Source: an uncultured Bacillota bacterium (GTDB lineage: Bacteria; Bacillota_I; Bacilli_A; Erysipelotrichales; Coprobacillaceae). Taken from it: DNA of 64,000 bases. The position numbers and the translations under genes were made by a program. The stretch's first letter is position 1, and the number at the start of each line of letters is the position of its first letter. Location: the NCBI GenBank assembly GCA_949290865.1, contig CASETM010000074.1:26998-90997 (forward strand). The letters run 5' to 3'. Shown here one piece after another: positions 1 to 9,078 of the stretch. The notes under the pieces are model-generated. The model ran no database searches and had not been told where the DNA came from. It saw only the letters and a list, made by a program, of their open reading frames with translations.

Positions 1-182
1 CCTATTAAAGGAATAGGAATCATTTTTGTATGTTCAAAGATACTTTCATTAATAGGTGCAATCATAGCAATAAACATACATTCATTTGAAAGCTGATAGA
101 GAAAATGGAAAAAGGAGCATAGCAAAAAAAGAATTCCTACGCTGCAAAATAGAAAATATTTTTTATTGTAAATCAATTTCAT
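1..182 (-). CDS. Membrane protein, probably DUF6512-like (5' part only; runs off window start)
   Basis: Not in the ORF track. Manual translation from ATG at 182 (GGAGGA SD at 187-192): MKLIYNKKYFLFCSVGILFLLCSFFHFLYQLSNECMFIAMIAPINESIFEHTKM..., with the HFLY...P.NES..EH.K pattern I associate with DUF6512. Confidence 0.6.
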   Translation of the reverse strand, partial: MKLIYNKKYFLFCSVGILFLLCSFFHFLYQLSNECMFIAMIAPINESIFEHTKMIPIPLI

Positions 183-420
183 ATATTCCTCCATAGTTTA
201 TCATATGTATTATTTTTTCTTTTTTTCGTGCTTTCTTTTATTTTGATAAAATATTTCCAAAAGCTATTAATATTTTTTTTAATCATTTTAATTTACATAA
301 ATCGTCATTATCGGGAAACTATTTGGTATTTGGATGGTTATGTATGTGAAATAAAAATAGTATTAAAAACTGTATAATAGTGTGATATAATGATTAAAAA
401 ATAGAAGAAAAGAACAATAA

Positions 421-864
421 ATGAAACAGTATAAGTATGTGATTCTATTTGTTTTAGTTGCTGTCGTTGTATTTTTTGGAGCATCGTACTATCGAAGCCA
501 TATTGCAGAGCAACTCTCAGATGAAAATGATAATATTGAAACAGAAAACGAAGATGATGAAGTTATAGAAGAAGCAACTATATATTTCAATTTGATTGGT
601 GAAAAATCTTTGTCCGAGCGAGATATCATCACTTTAACAAATCTGGAAACGGAAGGCGAAGCACAAATTTTTGCGATTATAGCAACAGATTTGTATGAAG
701 TAAAGGATGTAAAAAATGTTGATATTAAAGGAGGACAGACGTTAATTACATCCAATTATCTCCCGGCTTTGGAAGTTAATATCGATACAAAATATGACTG
801 GATTTTGACGACCAATTATGAAGAAAATAAATTTGTGTTTGAAAAGAAAATTGGAGGAAAATAA
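421..864 (+). CDS. Hypothetical membrane-anchored protein (N-terminal TM helix, acidic linker)
   Basis: 147-aa ORF; hydrophobic stretch VILFVLVAVVVFFGA; its stop abuts the next ATG at 865. Confidence 0.7.
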   Translation: MKQYKYVILFVLVAVVVFFGASYYRSHIAEQLSDENDNIETENEDDEVIEEATIYFNLIGEKSLSERDIITLTNLETEGEAQIFAIIATDLYEVKDVKNVDIKGGQTLITSNYLPALEVNIDTKYDWILTTNYEENKFVFEKKIGGK

Positions 865-1765
865 ATGAAAACAGTTTTGGTAACAGGAGGTACAGTTTTT
901 TTTAAGTCGTTATATAGCTGAATACTTTATCAAAAAAGGAGATGAAGTTTATGTATTGAACAGAAATACGAAAACACAATCGCCTGGCGTTAAATTGATC
1001 AAAGCAGATCGCCATGATCTTCAAACACAGTTAAAGCAAATAAATTTTGATGTGGTAATTGATGTTACAGCCTATGACGAAAAAGATATTGATGACTTGC
1101 TAGATGGATTAGGATTTTTTCATGAATATATCATGATATCATCCAGTGCTGTTTATCCCGAATATGGAAATCAGCCGTTTCATGAAACTGATTCTTTAGC
1201 TTTGAATCAGTTTTGGGGAAAGTATGGTACAGACAAAATCAAAGCAGAAAGAGCGTTACAGAAAAGATGTCCTCATGCCTATATTATAAGACCAACATAT
1301 CTGTATGGACCATACAATAACGTATATCGTGAATCTTTTGTTTTTGATTGTGCTAAAATGGATCGACCATTTTATTTACCTAAAAAGGGAAAGATGAAAT
1401 TACAGTTTCTTCATGTTAATGATTTATGTCGTCTAATTGATGTGATCATAGAAAAAAAACCTGATGATCATATTTATAATGCGGGAAACACAGAACTGAT
1501 CACAGTAAAAGAATGGGTCATACTGTGTTATCAAATTTTAGGTAAGAAACCAGTTTTTGTTAATGTTGAGGACGACGTACCACAAAGAAAGTATTTTAGT
1601 TTTTACGATTATGAATACTGTTTAGATGTTAAGAGACAAAATCAGCTTCTACCATCATTAACTCCTTTGAAAGAAGGATTGAAGGAATGTTGGCAATGGT
1701 ATCAGCATCATGAAACAGCTGTACAAAAAAAGCCATATTTTGACTTTATCAATACATATTTATAA
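865..1765 (+). pseudogene. NAD-dependent epimerase/dehydratase (atypical SDR) with a +1 frameshift in a T8 tract
   Basis: ATG 865 gives MKTVLVTGGTVF (Rossmann start), then T8 at 896-903 and a premature TGA. Removing one T gives ...VFLSRYIAEYFIKKGDEVYVLNRNT, joining ORF 956-1765 (SSSAVY, YGTDK, RPTYLYGP). Confidence 0.8.
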
Positions 1766-1787
1766 TCTAGAAAGGAGCATAGCAAAT

Positions 1788-2647
1788 ATGAAAATGAATG
1801 ACCATTGTTTGCCTTGCTTGATTAATCAGAAAGTAAAGGTTGCTCATATGACCAAAACTGGTAATAAGGAGGAACTTTATCAAAAGTTTTTCAATATCTC
1901 AGTTCACTGGATTTCCAGATTACAAATCCAGAAATCATTGGCAATGTGTTTCAGATTTTAAAGAAACATACCAGGAATAATGATCCATACAAAGAAGTTA
2001 GAAAATATTATAACCATCTTTTAAATGAACATTCAGATACAATTGAAAAAATGATTGAGGAAGCGGATGATCCATTTTATCAGATGATCATCTCAGCTAT
2101 TCTAGGAAATATTATTGATTTTAGTCCTATGCATCATTGTGTTGATGATATACTGGATGTCTTCAAGAAAGCAAATGAGAAAAAATTAACTATTGATCAT
2201 CATTCTCAGCTTCTACTGGATATCATCACAGCTAAAAAGATTCTTTACATCGGTGATAATTGTGGAGAAATCTGTATCGACAAACTATTTTTAAAACAAA
2301 TAAGACAATTAAATGAGAATGTGGAACTTTATTTTGGAGTTCGTGGAGCACCGGTTATTAATGATTCAGTTGCAGAAGATGCTTATGATCTTGGAATTGA
2401 TCGATATGCTCATATCATCAGCAACGGTGATACCTCATTAGGAACAGTATTATCAAGAACAAATCAAGTATTTCAAAAAATATACCGCGAAGCTGATCTG
2501 ATTATCTGTAAAGGTTCAGCAAATTTTGAAAGCTTGAGTGATACATATGGAAATCGCTACTTTTTGATGATGGTCAAATGTGACGTTATTGCAAAGTATG
2601 TAAATGCACCAGTTCATTCATTAATCTGTCTAAATATTAAATCATAA
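1788..2647 (+). pseudogene. DUF89/ARMT1-like damage-control phosphatase with a 1-nt deletion frameshift
   Basis: ATG 1788 (AGGAG SD) gives MKMNDHCLPCLINQ (CxxC start). Adding one A to the A4 run at 1882-1885 gives YQKVFQYLSSLDFQITNPEIIGNVFQIL, joining ORF 1946-2647 (GNIIDF, GDNCGE, INDS, KGSANFESL). Confidence 0.8.
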
Positions 2648-2739
2648 AAAGACCTTTATTCATAAAAGGAAACTGACTCATAGGAGCGTAGTTTCTGATA
2701 TCGAGGTCTTTTTAGCTTAGTATTTATTTTAGTAATTTA

Positions 2740-2779
2740 ATGATTGATATTCTTTTTATCAAAAAAGAATATCAATCAT
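2740..2779. terminator. Perfect 18-bp inverted repeat, likely bidirectional terminator between convergent genes
   Basis: ATGATTGATATTCTTTTT-ATCA-AAAAAGAATATCAATCAT. Confidence 0.65.
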
Positions 2780-2811
2780 ATAGGTTATATATAGATTCTC
2801 AAATCTGTTTA

Positions 2812-3369
2812 TTAGTCATTTAACATTTCTATAAACTGAAAATTATGATCATCGTAAGTAAAATGTAAAATACAGCAATTAGAAAATTTTTTGCCTTGAA
2901 GCAAATTTTGTGGATCACCGATATCAGAAAGAAAACAACGGCATGCTCCCGCATGGGAAACAGCCAAAACACAATGATGATCGTCTCGCTTCATAATCAT
3001 TGATAAAGTTTCATTCATTCTCTTTACAACGTCATCTCTTGTTTCTCCACCATAGAGCGGGAAAAAACTGTCATATTTTCCTATCGGAGGATTAAGATCT
3101 TCACTTTCTCCTTCAAATACTCCAAAATATCTTTCTTTAAGTCCTTTTAAACGCTGGTAAGGTGAAGAAGTGATAATTTCAAGTGTATCACTGCAACGTT
3201 CTGCAGTACTACAATAATAGTGATCAAAGGAAATGTCCTTTAAAACTTTTCTTGCTTTTTTTGCCTGTTCAATACCTTGCTCAGTCAGCGGAGAGTCACA
3301 CCATCCTTGAATTTTTCTTCGCTGATTAAATAATGTTTCTCCATGTCTCATCAAATAAAGATGTTTCAT
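2812..3369 (-). CDS. Histidine phosphatase (phosphoglycerate mutase-like) family protein
   Basis: LYLMRHGET motif, L.E..FG.FEG, VSHAG; GGAGG SD before ATG 3369. Confidence 0.9.
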   Translation of the reverse strand: MKHLYLMRHGETLFNQRRKIQGWCDSPLTEQGIEQAKKARKVLKDISFDHYYCSTAERCSDTLEIITSSPYQRLKGLKERYFGVFEGESEDLNPPIGKYDSFFPLYGGETRDDVVKRMNETLSMIMKRDDHHCVLAVSHAGACRCFLSDIGDPQNLLQGKKFSNCCILHFTYDDHNFQFIEMLND

Positions 3370-4120
3370 TATTGCCTCCATTTCCCCGCGCTTCTAATGC
3401 GCAGATATAAATATGTTAATCAACCTCATATGATTCTGGTCTCGTTTTGCGTTTGATTATATGATCAAATATATAAGATGAATTATATAACATATGAAAG
3501 TCATTGATCAATTTTATTTGAAATAAAAAGTTTCTATTTGTATAAGTTATCACTACTGCTTCAAGTACCAATAAGCAAGTGATTATGGCTAGATTTGAAT
3601 ATCTATGAAAAATAATTGATTTATCTGTTACAGTATGGATGAACACAAAAATCCATTGTCATAGTAATTACTGTTATTAATAAAAACAATTGTCTTGAAA
3701 AAAACATTTTCAACAAGAATATTCATTTAATTGTCTGAAACGATAACTTATAGATTAATCTGTTTTAAAGTTTATATAGAATCAAATTTTTGATACCAGT
3801 TTATTGTTCGCTATTCTCTATATTGTATAAATTGACATAAATTTGATGCAGCTAAAAACCAATTACTTATCAAATGATTTTAACAGGTGTTAAGGAATCG
3901 AATCTGTTGTTATTTAAGATAACTAAATATGAAATACAAATAAAATTGAAAGAAGCATTAACAGTAGATTTTCTAAAAAATCAGGAATTAGCATTTTCAA
4001 TTATTGAATTAGTATAATCTTTTTTTATCTTGTTCTTTTATAAGATTTCATAGATTTTTTTCTAGCTACATCTTGTATTTATTATAACATATTATATGCA
4101 TATTACATCTTAATTGAGTA

Positions 4121-4149
4121 TTGCTATTAAAAACAAATTATAGTATAAT
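4121..4149 (+). promoter_or_regulatory. Sigma-A promoter of the riboswitch/antiporter transcript
   Basis: TTGCTA(4121-4126)-17 nt-TATAAT(4144-4149). Confidence 0.75.
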
Positions 4150-4155
4150 CCCATC

Positions 4156-4245
4156 GGGAATGAAGTTCTCCCTAAACAAAAGATTAAACTGCGTGATAGC
4201 TGATGACTTCTGTGTTTTCAATATGCACAGAGCATCAGTTTTTTT
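4156..4245 (+). ncRNA. Fluoride riboswitch (crcB motif) with overlapping intrinsic terminator
   Basis: GGGAATGAAGTTCTCCC...TAAACTGC...GCTGATGACTTCTG matches the fluoride aptamer pattern. Pseudoknot GAAGT(4162-4166)/ACTTC(4206-4210). Terminator CTGATG..TTCTGTG/CACAGAGCATCAG plus T7 (4200-4245) overlaps the 3' half of the aptamer. Confidence 0.9.
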
Positions 4246-4266
4246 GTCTTTTAAGGAGGAATATTT

Positions 4267-5478
4267 ATGTTAACATCACTTTCATTTATTTTTCTTTTAG
4301 GATTGGCTATGGCGGCTGTTTGTCAAAAGGTCAGATTGCCACGCATTATTGGCATGCTGGTAACGGGGATTCTTCTGGGTCCTTATGTTTTGGGACTGCT
4401 TGATGATAAGATCCTATCCGTTTCTGCTGATTTGCGTCAGATGGCTTTGATCATTATTCTGCTGAAAGCAGGATTATCACTGGATCTGGCAGATCTAAAA
4501 AAAGTGGGGCGACCTGCTATTTTAATGTCATTTCTTCCGGCGTCAATGGAAATATTGGCTTTCATTTTGTTTTCACCAACTCTGTTTCATTTTAGTTTTG
4601 CTGAAGCTGCATTGATGGGAAGTGTTCTAGCGGCTGTTTCTCCAGCAGTCGTTGTACCTAGAATGGTTCATCTTATTGAACAGAAATATGGAACACAAAA
4701 AAGTATCCCTCAGTTAATCATGGCTGGTGCATCATGTGATGATGTATTTATTATCGTATTATTTTCAACTTTTATGACGATGGTTCAAGGCGGAGAAATG
4801 AAACTGACAAATTTGATTCAGATTCCTGTCTCGATTTTATCAGGAATTGCTTTTGGTATTCTTGTTGGTTATGGATTAGCTATGTTTTTTGAAAAAGCAT
4901 ACCAAAGAAAACATTATGTAAGAAACAGCACGAAAGTCATCGTTATTCTGGGAATTTCTTTCATGCTTGTCAGTCTGGAGACATGGTGTTCTCCCTGGCT
5001 GCCTTTTTCAGGATTACTGGCAGTAACGGCAATGGCTGCGACCCTGAAAATGAAAAGTACTGTTTTTGTGTCAAAAAGACTATCAGAAAAGTTTGGAAAA
5101 TTATGGATTGCAGCTGAAGTCATCCTGTTTGTACTGGTTGGTGCTGCGGTTGATCTTCGCTATACCTTAACTGCTGGTCCAGTTGCACTGGTGATGATTT
5201 TTGTTGCACTGATTTTTCGCGCTGCTGGAGTTTTGCTTTGTTTGATCAAAACGCCCATTCAAGGGAAAGAAAGATGGTTCTGTGTTACTGCTTATATGCC
5301 TAAAGCTACGGTTCAGGCAGCAATTGGCGGAGTTGCTTTGGGAATGGGACTTGCCTGTGGGCAAATGATTCTATCTGTTGCGGTAATTGCCATACTGATC
5401 ACTGCTCCTGTTGGTGCTATCGGTATTGACTGTACATATCAGCACTGGCTTACTCAAGAAAAAAACGATTGTCAGTAA
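4267..5478 (+). CDS. Cation:proton antiporter (CPA superfamily, NHA2/SLC9B-like)
   Basis: 403-aa polytopic membrane protein; LAAVSPAVVVP, GASCDD (acidic pair), PKATVQAAIG; AGGAGG SD. Confidence 0.88.
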   Translation: MLTSLSFIFLLGLAMAAVCQKVRLPRIIGMLVTGILLGPYVLGLLDDKILSVSADLRQMALIIILLKAGLSLDLADLKKVGRPAILMSFLPASMEILAFILFSPTLFHFSFAEAALMGSVLAAVSPAVVVPRMVHLIEQKYGTQKSIPQLIMAGASCDDVFIIVLFSTFMTMVQGGEMKLTNLIQIPVSILSGIAFGILVGYGLAMFFEKAYQRKHYVRNSTKVIVILGISFMLVSLETWCSPWLPFSGLLAVTAMAATLKMKSTVFVSKRLSEKFGKLWIAAEVILFVLVGAAVDLRYTLTAGPVALVMIFVALIFRAAGVLLCLIKTPIQGKERWFCVTAYMPKATVQAAIGGVALGMGLACGQMILSVAVIAILITAPVGAIGIDCTYQHWLTQEKNDCQ

Positions 5479-5543
5479 AAAAATAATCTGCTTAAGTATT
5501 TTATGATATCTTTTTGCATACAATAAAAAAAAGGAGAAATGAG

Positions 5544-5699
5544 ATGTTAGAAAAAGATGACAAAGAATATTGTATCATTTGTGGCAGAAAAACTGGATAC
5601 CGCCGTTTTCAGCCGATTGACAGTCGCCAGTATTATATTTATGGTGCTGGACAACTATGTCAGGAATGTTATCAGCAGATTTATTACAAAAGCAAATAA
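5544..5699 (+). CDS. Small (51 aa) Cys4 zinc-binding protein of unknown function
   Basis: AAGGAG SD at 5531-5536; CIIC...GAGQLCQEC. Confidence 0.65.
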   Translation: MLEKDDKEYCIICGRKTGYRRFQPIDSRQYYIYGAGQLCQECYQQIYYKSK

Positions 5700-5726
5700 A
5701 AAACTGTATCATTTTGATACAGTTTT

Positions 5727-6809
5727 TTACTGTTTTCTTTGCTTTTTGTAGTAATTAGAAATGCGTTTAACCTGTTTTAAACCGGATGCAATTAATGTCA
5801 GTATAACGATCCAAGCAGTGATTGTCAGGATAATCTGAACCAGATAGATGTCACTACCAAAAGTAATAGGCATATCCCATATAGCATGTAATACAATGGC
5901 AATAATCATAAACTGAATCATTGCATTATTTTTGGTTTTGCCAATAACAATTCCTCCACCAACCATGGCCGACCAGACAACATGCCCACCGATTGCGAAA
6001 ATTCCTCTGATCAAAAGGACATCAATCATTTGACCAGTACCATAATACATTAAAAAGTTAAAGGCATAGCCAGCTGTTTCAAAGACAGCAAAACCTGCTC
6101 CAATACATGCACCAATCAATAATCCATTTAAAATATAGCGATATTTATCCTGTTTAAGGAACTGATAGATAATGATACCTTTTCCAACTTCTTCACAGAA
6201 ACCAACAAGTATTGCTCCCATATAGTCCAGTTGCTGAACTTCAATAATGCTATATAGCAGTAAGGTTGAAAGCAAAGATAAAGCACCACCTAAAAAGAAC
6301 AGTTTAACAACTTCAAAAATAGAAATATTTCGTGGCGCATTTGTTTCCCAGAAAAAAACAACCAAAGCAAAAGGAATCGTCATGGCTCCGACAAAAATCG
6401 TTCCTGGAATTCCATTGGTGTTATTGAATGCTGTACTGATAAAAAGCAGACAGACAAAAGTTACAGCCAGCACTGCCAAAACCCTCATATAGAGCCAAGG
6501 TTTTGGCCATTCGTCCATGATTTCATGTTCTTTAGGTGTTGTTTTTTCTGTACCGCAGACGAACAGTTCTTCTTGTTCCTGTTTGGTATGAGGTTTAAAT
6601 ACCTGTGAAAATAATACACCTAAATCAATATCTACGTCACCACCTTCACCAGCGAGATTATTGATTGTTGAAGTTAGGTCATGCATTCCTTTTTTAACGC
6701 TTGTTTTTACCTGTTCATCTGTTGATTTGGCTGTACCAACTTTTGCACCACAGCCAGTACAATAAACCTGTCCTGGCTGAATTTCTTTACCACAGTTATA
6801 ACAATACAT
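5727..6809 (-). CDS. PrsW-family intramembrane glutamic protease with N-terminal zinc ribbon
   Basis: CYNC...CTGCG zinc ribbon; GFCEEVGK, GAGFAVFE, H..W, LHAIWD PrsW motifs. Confidence 0.88.
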   Translation of the reverse strand: MYCYNCGKEIQPGQVYCTGCGAKVGTAKSTDEQVKTSVKKGMHDLTSTINNLAGEGGDVDIDLGVLFSQVFKPHTKQEQEELFVCGTEKTTPKEHEIMDEWPKPWLYMRVLAVLAVTFVCLLFISTAFNNTNGIPGTIFVGAMTIPFALVVFFWETNAPRNISIFEVVKLFFLGGALSLLSTLLLYSIIEVQQLDYMGAILVGFCEEVGKGIIIYQFLKQDKYRYILNGLLIGACIGAGFAVFETAGYAFNFLMYYGTGQMIDVLLIRGIFAIGGHVVWSAMVGGGIVIGKTKNNAMIQFMIIAIVLHAIWDMPITFGSDIYLVQIILTITAWIVILTLIASGLKQVKRISNYYKKQRKQ

Positions 6810-7004
6810 GATATCTTTCCCCTCCCTTTATAATATATACATTTTAATAAATCATATCATTTTCTATTTTTGCTTACAAGTGAATTATTTTGTGAAAATT
6901 TAGATAGATAAACAGTTAGGTTGTTGTTTTTTGTTTTTATTTAATAAAAATAGTGGTATGATATAAAAGTAAAGCCATATCAAAATACCTTTGGAGGTTT
7001 GAAA

Positions 7005-7820
7005 ATGTTAAAAAGTATCAAATATGTTTTACAGGAAAATTTCAATAATTTATATCGTATATACTGTATATCAAAATATGAATTGTTGTCTGATATGCGT
7101 GATTCAAGATTAGGTGTTTTCTGGAACTTTGCGAATCCTGCGATTCAGATTATTACATACTATTTTGTTTTTGGTCTGATTATGAATCGAAAGGCGGTAG
7201 GGAAAATTCCTTTTATTCAATGGATGTTATGTGGAATAGTAGTCTGGTTTTTTGTTAGCCCATGTATTACCAATGGAGCGAATGCCATCTATGCAAAGAG
7301 AAATGTCATTACCAAGATGAAGTTCCCAGTTTCTGTTTTGCCGGCAACAGTTGTCTGCAAGGAACTATTCAACCATTTTTGTCTGATGGTTCTACTGATC
7401 GTTTTTTTACTGACACAGGGAATCATGCCATCTTTATACTGGTTTGAACTGTTCTATTACCTTTTTGCGGCAATATGTTTGACCATATCTTTGGCAATGA
7501 TTACATCAGTTTTGAATATGTTGGCACGTGATACTAGAAAACTGATTCTGGCATGCATGCGATTATTGCTGTATCTAACACCGATTTTATGGCCAATATC
7601 AAGATTGAGCGAGCCATGGATGATGCCAATTCGTTATATTATGAAAGCAAATCCAATCTACTATATCGTTTGTGGATATCGTGATTGTTTTCTGTATCAT
7701 TATGGAATCCTTTATTACTGGAAGCAGATGCTGTTTTTCTGGGTTTTTGTTTTTATAATTTTTGCTGTTGGCAGCACTTTGATGTATAAATTCAAACACA
7801 AATTTATTGATTTGATTTAG
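7005..7820 (+). CDS. tagG: Teichoic acid ABC exporter permease
   Basis: ABC-2 permease (LG.FW...NP, TPILW, NP.YYIV.GYR), next to tagH/tagD/tagF. Confidence 0.88.
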   Translation: MLKSIKYVLQENFNNLYRIYCISKYELLSDMRDSRLGVFWNFANPAIQIITYYFVFGLIMNRKAVGKIPFIQWMLCGIVVWFFVSPCITNGANAIYAKRNVITKMKFPVSVLPATVVCKELFNHFCLMVLLIVFLLTQGIMPSLYWFELFYYLFAAICLTISLAMITSVLNMLARDTRKLILACMRLLLYLTPILWPISRLSEPWMMPIRYIMKANPIYYIVCGYRDCFLYHYGILYYWKQMLFFWVFVFIIFAVGSTLMYKFKHKFIDLI

Positions 7821-7829
7821 GTGGACGTT

Positions 7830-8657
7830 ATGGAAGATTATGCAATTAAATTTGAACATGTTTCAAAAATATATAAACTCAATAAAAAAAATGATGGGAA
7901 ATCAAAAAGTTCAGTAACGCAGAGGTTTTATGCTTTAAAAGATATTTCGTTTGAAATTCCAAAAGGTGAAGTTGTTGGTATTTTAGGAACAAATGGTTCG
8001 GGGAAATCGACATTATCACTTATTCTGGCAGGAATCTCACAAATTGATGAAGGACAGATGGATATTCATGGTGAACAGGCATTGGTTGCCATCAATACAG
8101 GATTAGACATGCAGCTGACCGGTTTGGAGAATATCAATGTCAAAGGTGCTTTGCTGGGACTGACAAAAAAAAGAATTCAGGAAATTACGGATGGAGTCAT
8201 TGAATTTGCTGAACTTGGTGACTTTCTTTATCAGCCGGTCAAAAAATATTCCAGTGGGATGAAATCACGATTGGGATTTTCTATTTCACTTTATCTCAAT
8301 CCGGATATTATCATTGTTGATGAAGCATTGTCAGTTGGGGATAAAGGTTTTGCTCAAAAATGTCTTAATAAAATGAATGAACTGAAAAAAGAAGGAAAGA
8401 CGATCATATTTATTTCTCATTCTCTTCCGCAGGTCAGGGATTTTTGTCAAAAAGCCATGTGGATTGAAGGGGGCGAACTGAAAAGATATGGTGACGTCAA
8501 CGAAGTTTGTGATGAATATGGTGAATATGTTGACTTTTTCAACGGTTTAAAGAAAAAAGAAAAGAAAAAATATAATGATGAGAAATTTGCAAAAAGAATT
8601 CTGCAGAATCCACAGGTTAGTAGATGGGAAAGAATTCTTGACAGATTAAAACGATAG
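7830..8657 (+). CDS. tagH: Teichoic acid ABC exporter ATP-binding subunit
   Basis: ALKDISFEI..GEVVGILGTNGSGKS, YSSGMKSRLGF, DEALSVGD. Confidence 0.92.
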   Translation: MEDYAIKFEHVSKIYKLNKKNDGKSKSSVTQRFYALKDISFEIPKGEVVGILGTNGSGKSTLSLILAGISQIDEGQMDIHGEQALVAINTGLDMQLTGLENINVKGALLGLTKKRIQEITDGVIEFAELGDFLYQPVKKYSSGMKSRLGFSISLYLNPDIIIVDEALSVGDKGFAQKCLNKMNELKKEGKTIIFISHSLPQVRDFCQKAMWIEGGELKRYGDVNEVCDEYGEYVDFFNGLKKKEKKKYNDEKFAKRILQNPQVSRWERILDRLKR

Positions 8658-8664
8658 GAGAACA

Positions 8665-9060
8665 ATGATGAAAAAAGTAATTACTTATGGAACATTTGAC
8701 TTATTTCATGTTGGTCATTTAAATATCCTGAAAAGAGCAAAAGAATTGGGAGATTATCTGATCGTTGCAGTCAGCAGCGATGCATTTAATGCAATTAAAG
8801 GGAAAAAGGCTTATCATAAAGATGTTGATAGAAAAGCAATCTTAGAAGCCATTAGATATGTCGATGAAGTTATTTTTGAAGAATCATGGGATCAGAAGAT
8901 CAAAGATGTCCAGGAACATGATGTTGATGTCTTTGTCATGGGTGATGACTGGAAAGGACAGTTTGATTTTCTGAAAGATTACTGTGAGGTTGTCTATCTT
9001 CCTCGTACAGAAGGTATTTCAACGACAAAAATTAAAGATGATTTAAAAGATAAGATGTAA
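8665..9060 (+). CDS. tagD: Glycerol-3-phosphate cytidylyltransferase
   Basis: KVITYGTFDLFHVGH, GDDW.G.FDFL, PRTEGISTTKIK. Confidence 0.95.
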   Translation: MMKKVITYGTFDLFHVGHLNILKRAKELGDYLIVAVSSDAFNAIKGKKAYHKDVDRKAILEAIRYVDEVIFEESWDQKIKDVQEHDVDVFVMGDDWKGQFDFLKDYCEVVYLPRTEGISTTKIKDDLKDKM

Positions 9061-9078
9061 AAACGGAGGGGATATACT

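Noticed and set aside
1710-1961. 83-aa ORF in the track
   Set aside because: Only the part from ATG 1788 is real. It is the N-terminus of the frameshifted DUF89 gene, not a separate protein.
3416-3646. 76-aa minus-strand ORF
   Set aside because: No SD, no recognisable motif, and it lies in very AT-rich DNA; likely spurious.
4203-4403. 66-aa ORF overlapping the riboswitch terminator and the antiporter start
   Set aside because: It starts inside the fluoride aptamer, has no SD and is out of frame with the real gene; not a credible leader peptide.
1788-5478. Possible functional link between the fluoride riboswitch and nearby phosphatases (fluoride-sensitive enzymes)
   Set aside because: The phosphatase genes lie upstream and in other transcription units, outside riboswitch control; proximity alone is not evidence.
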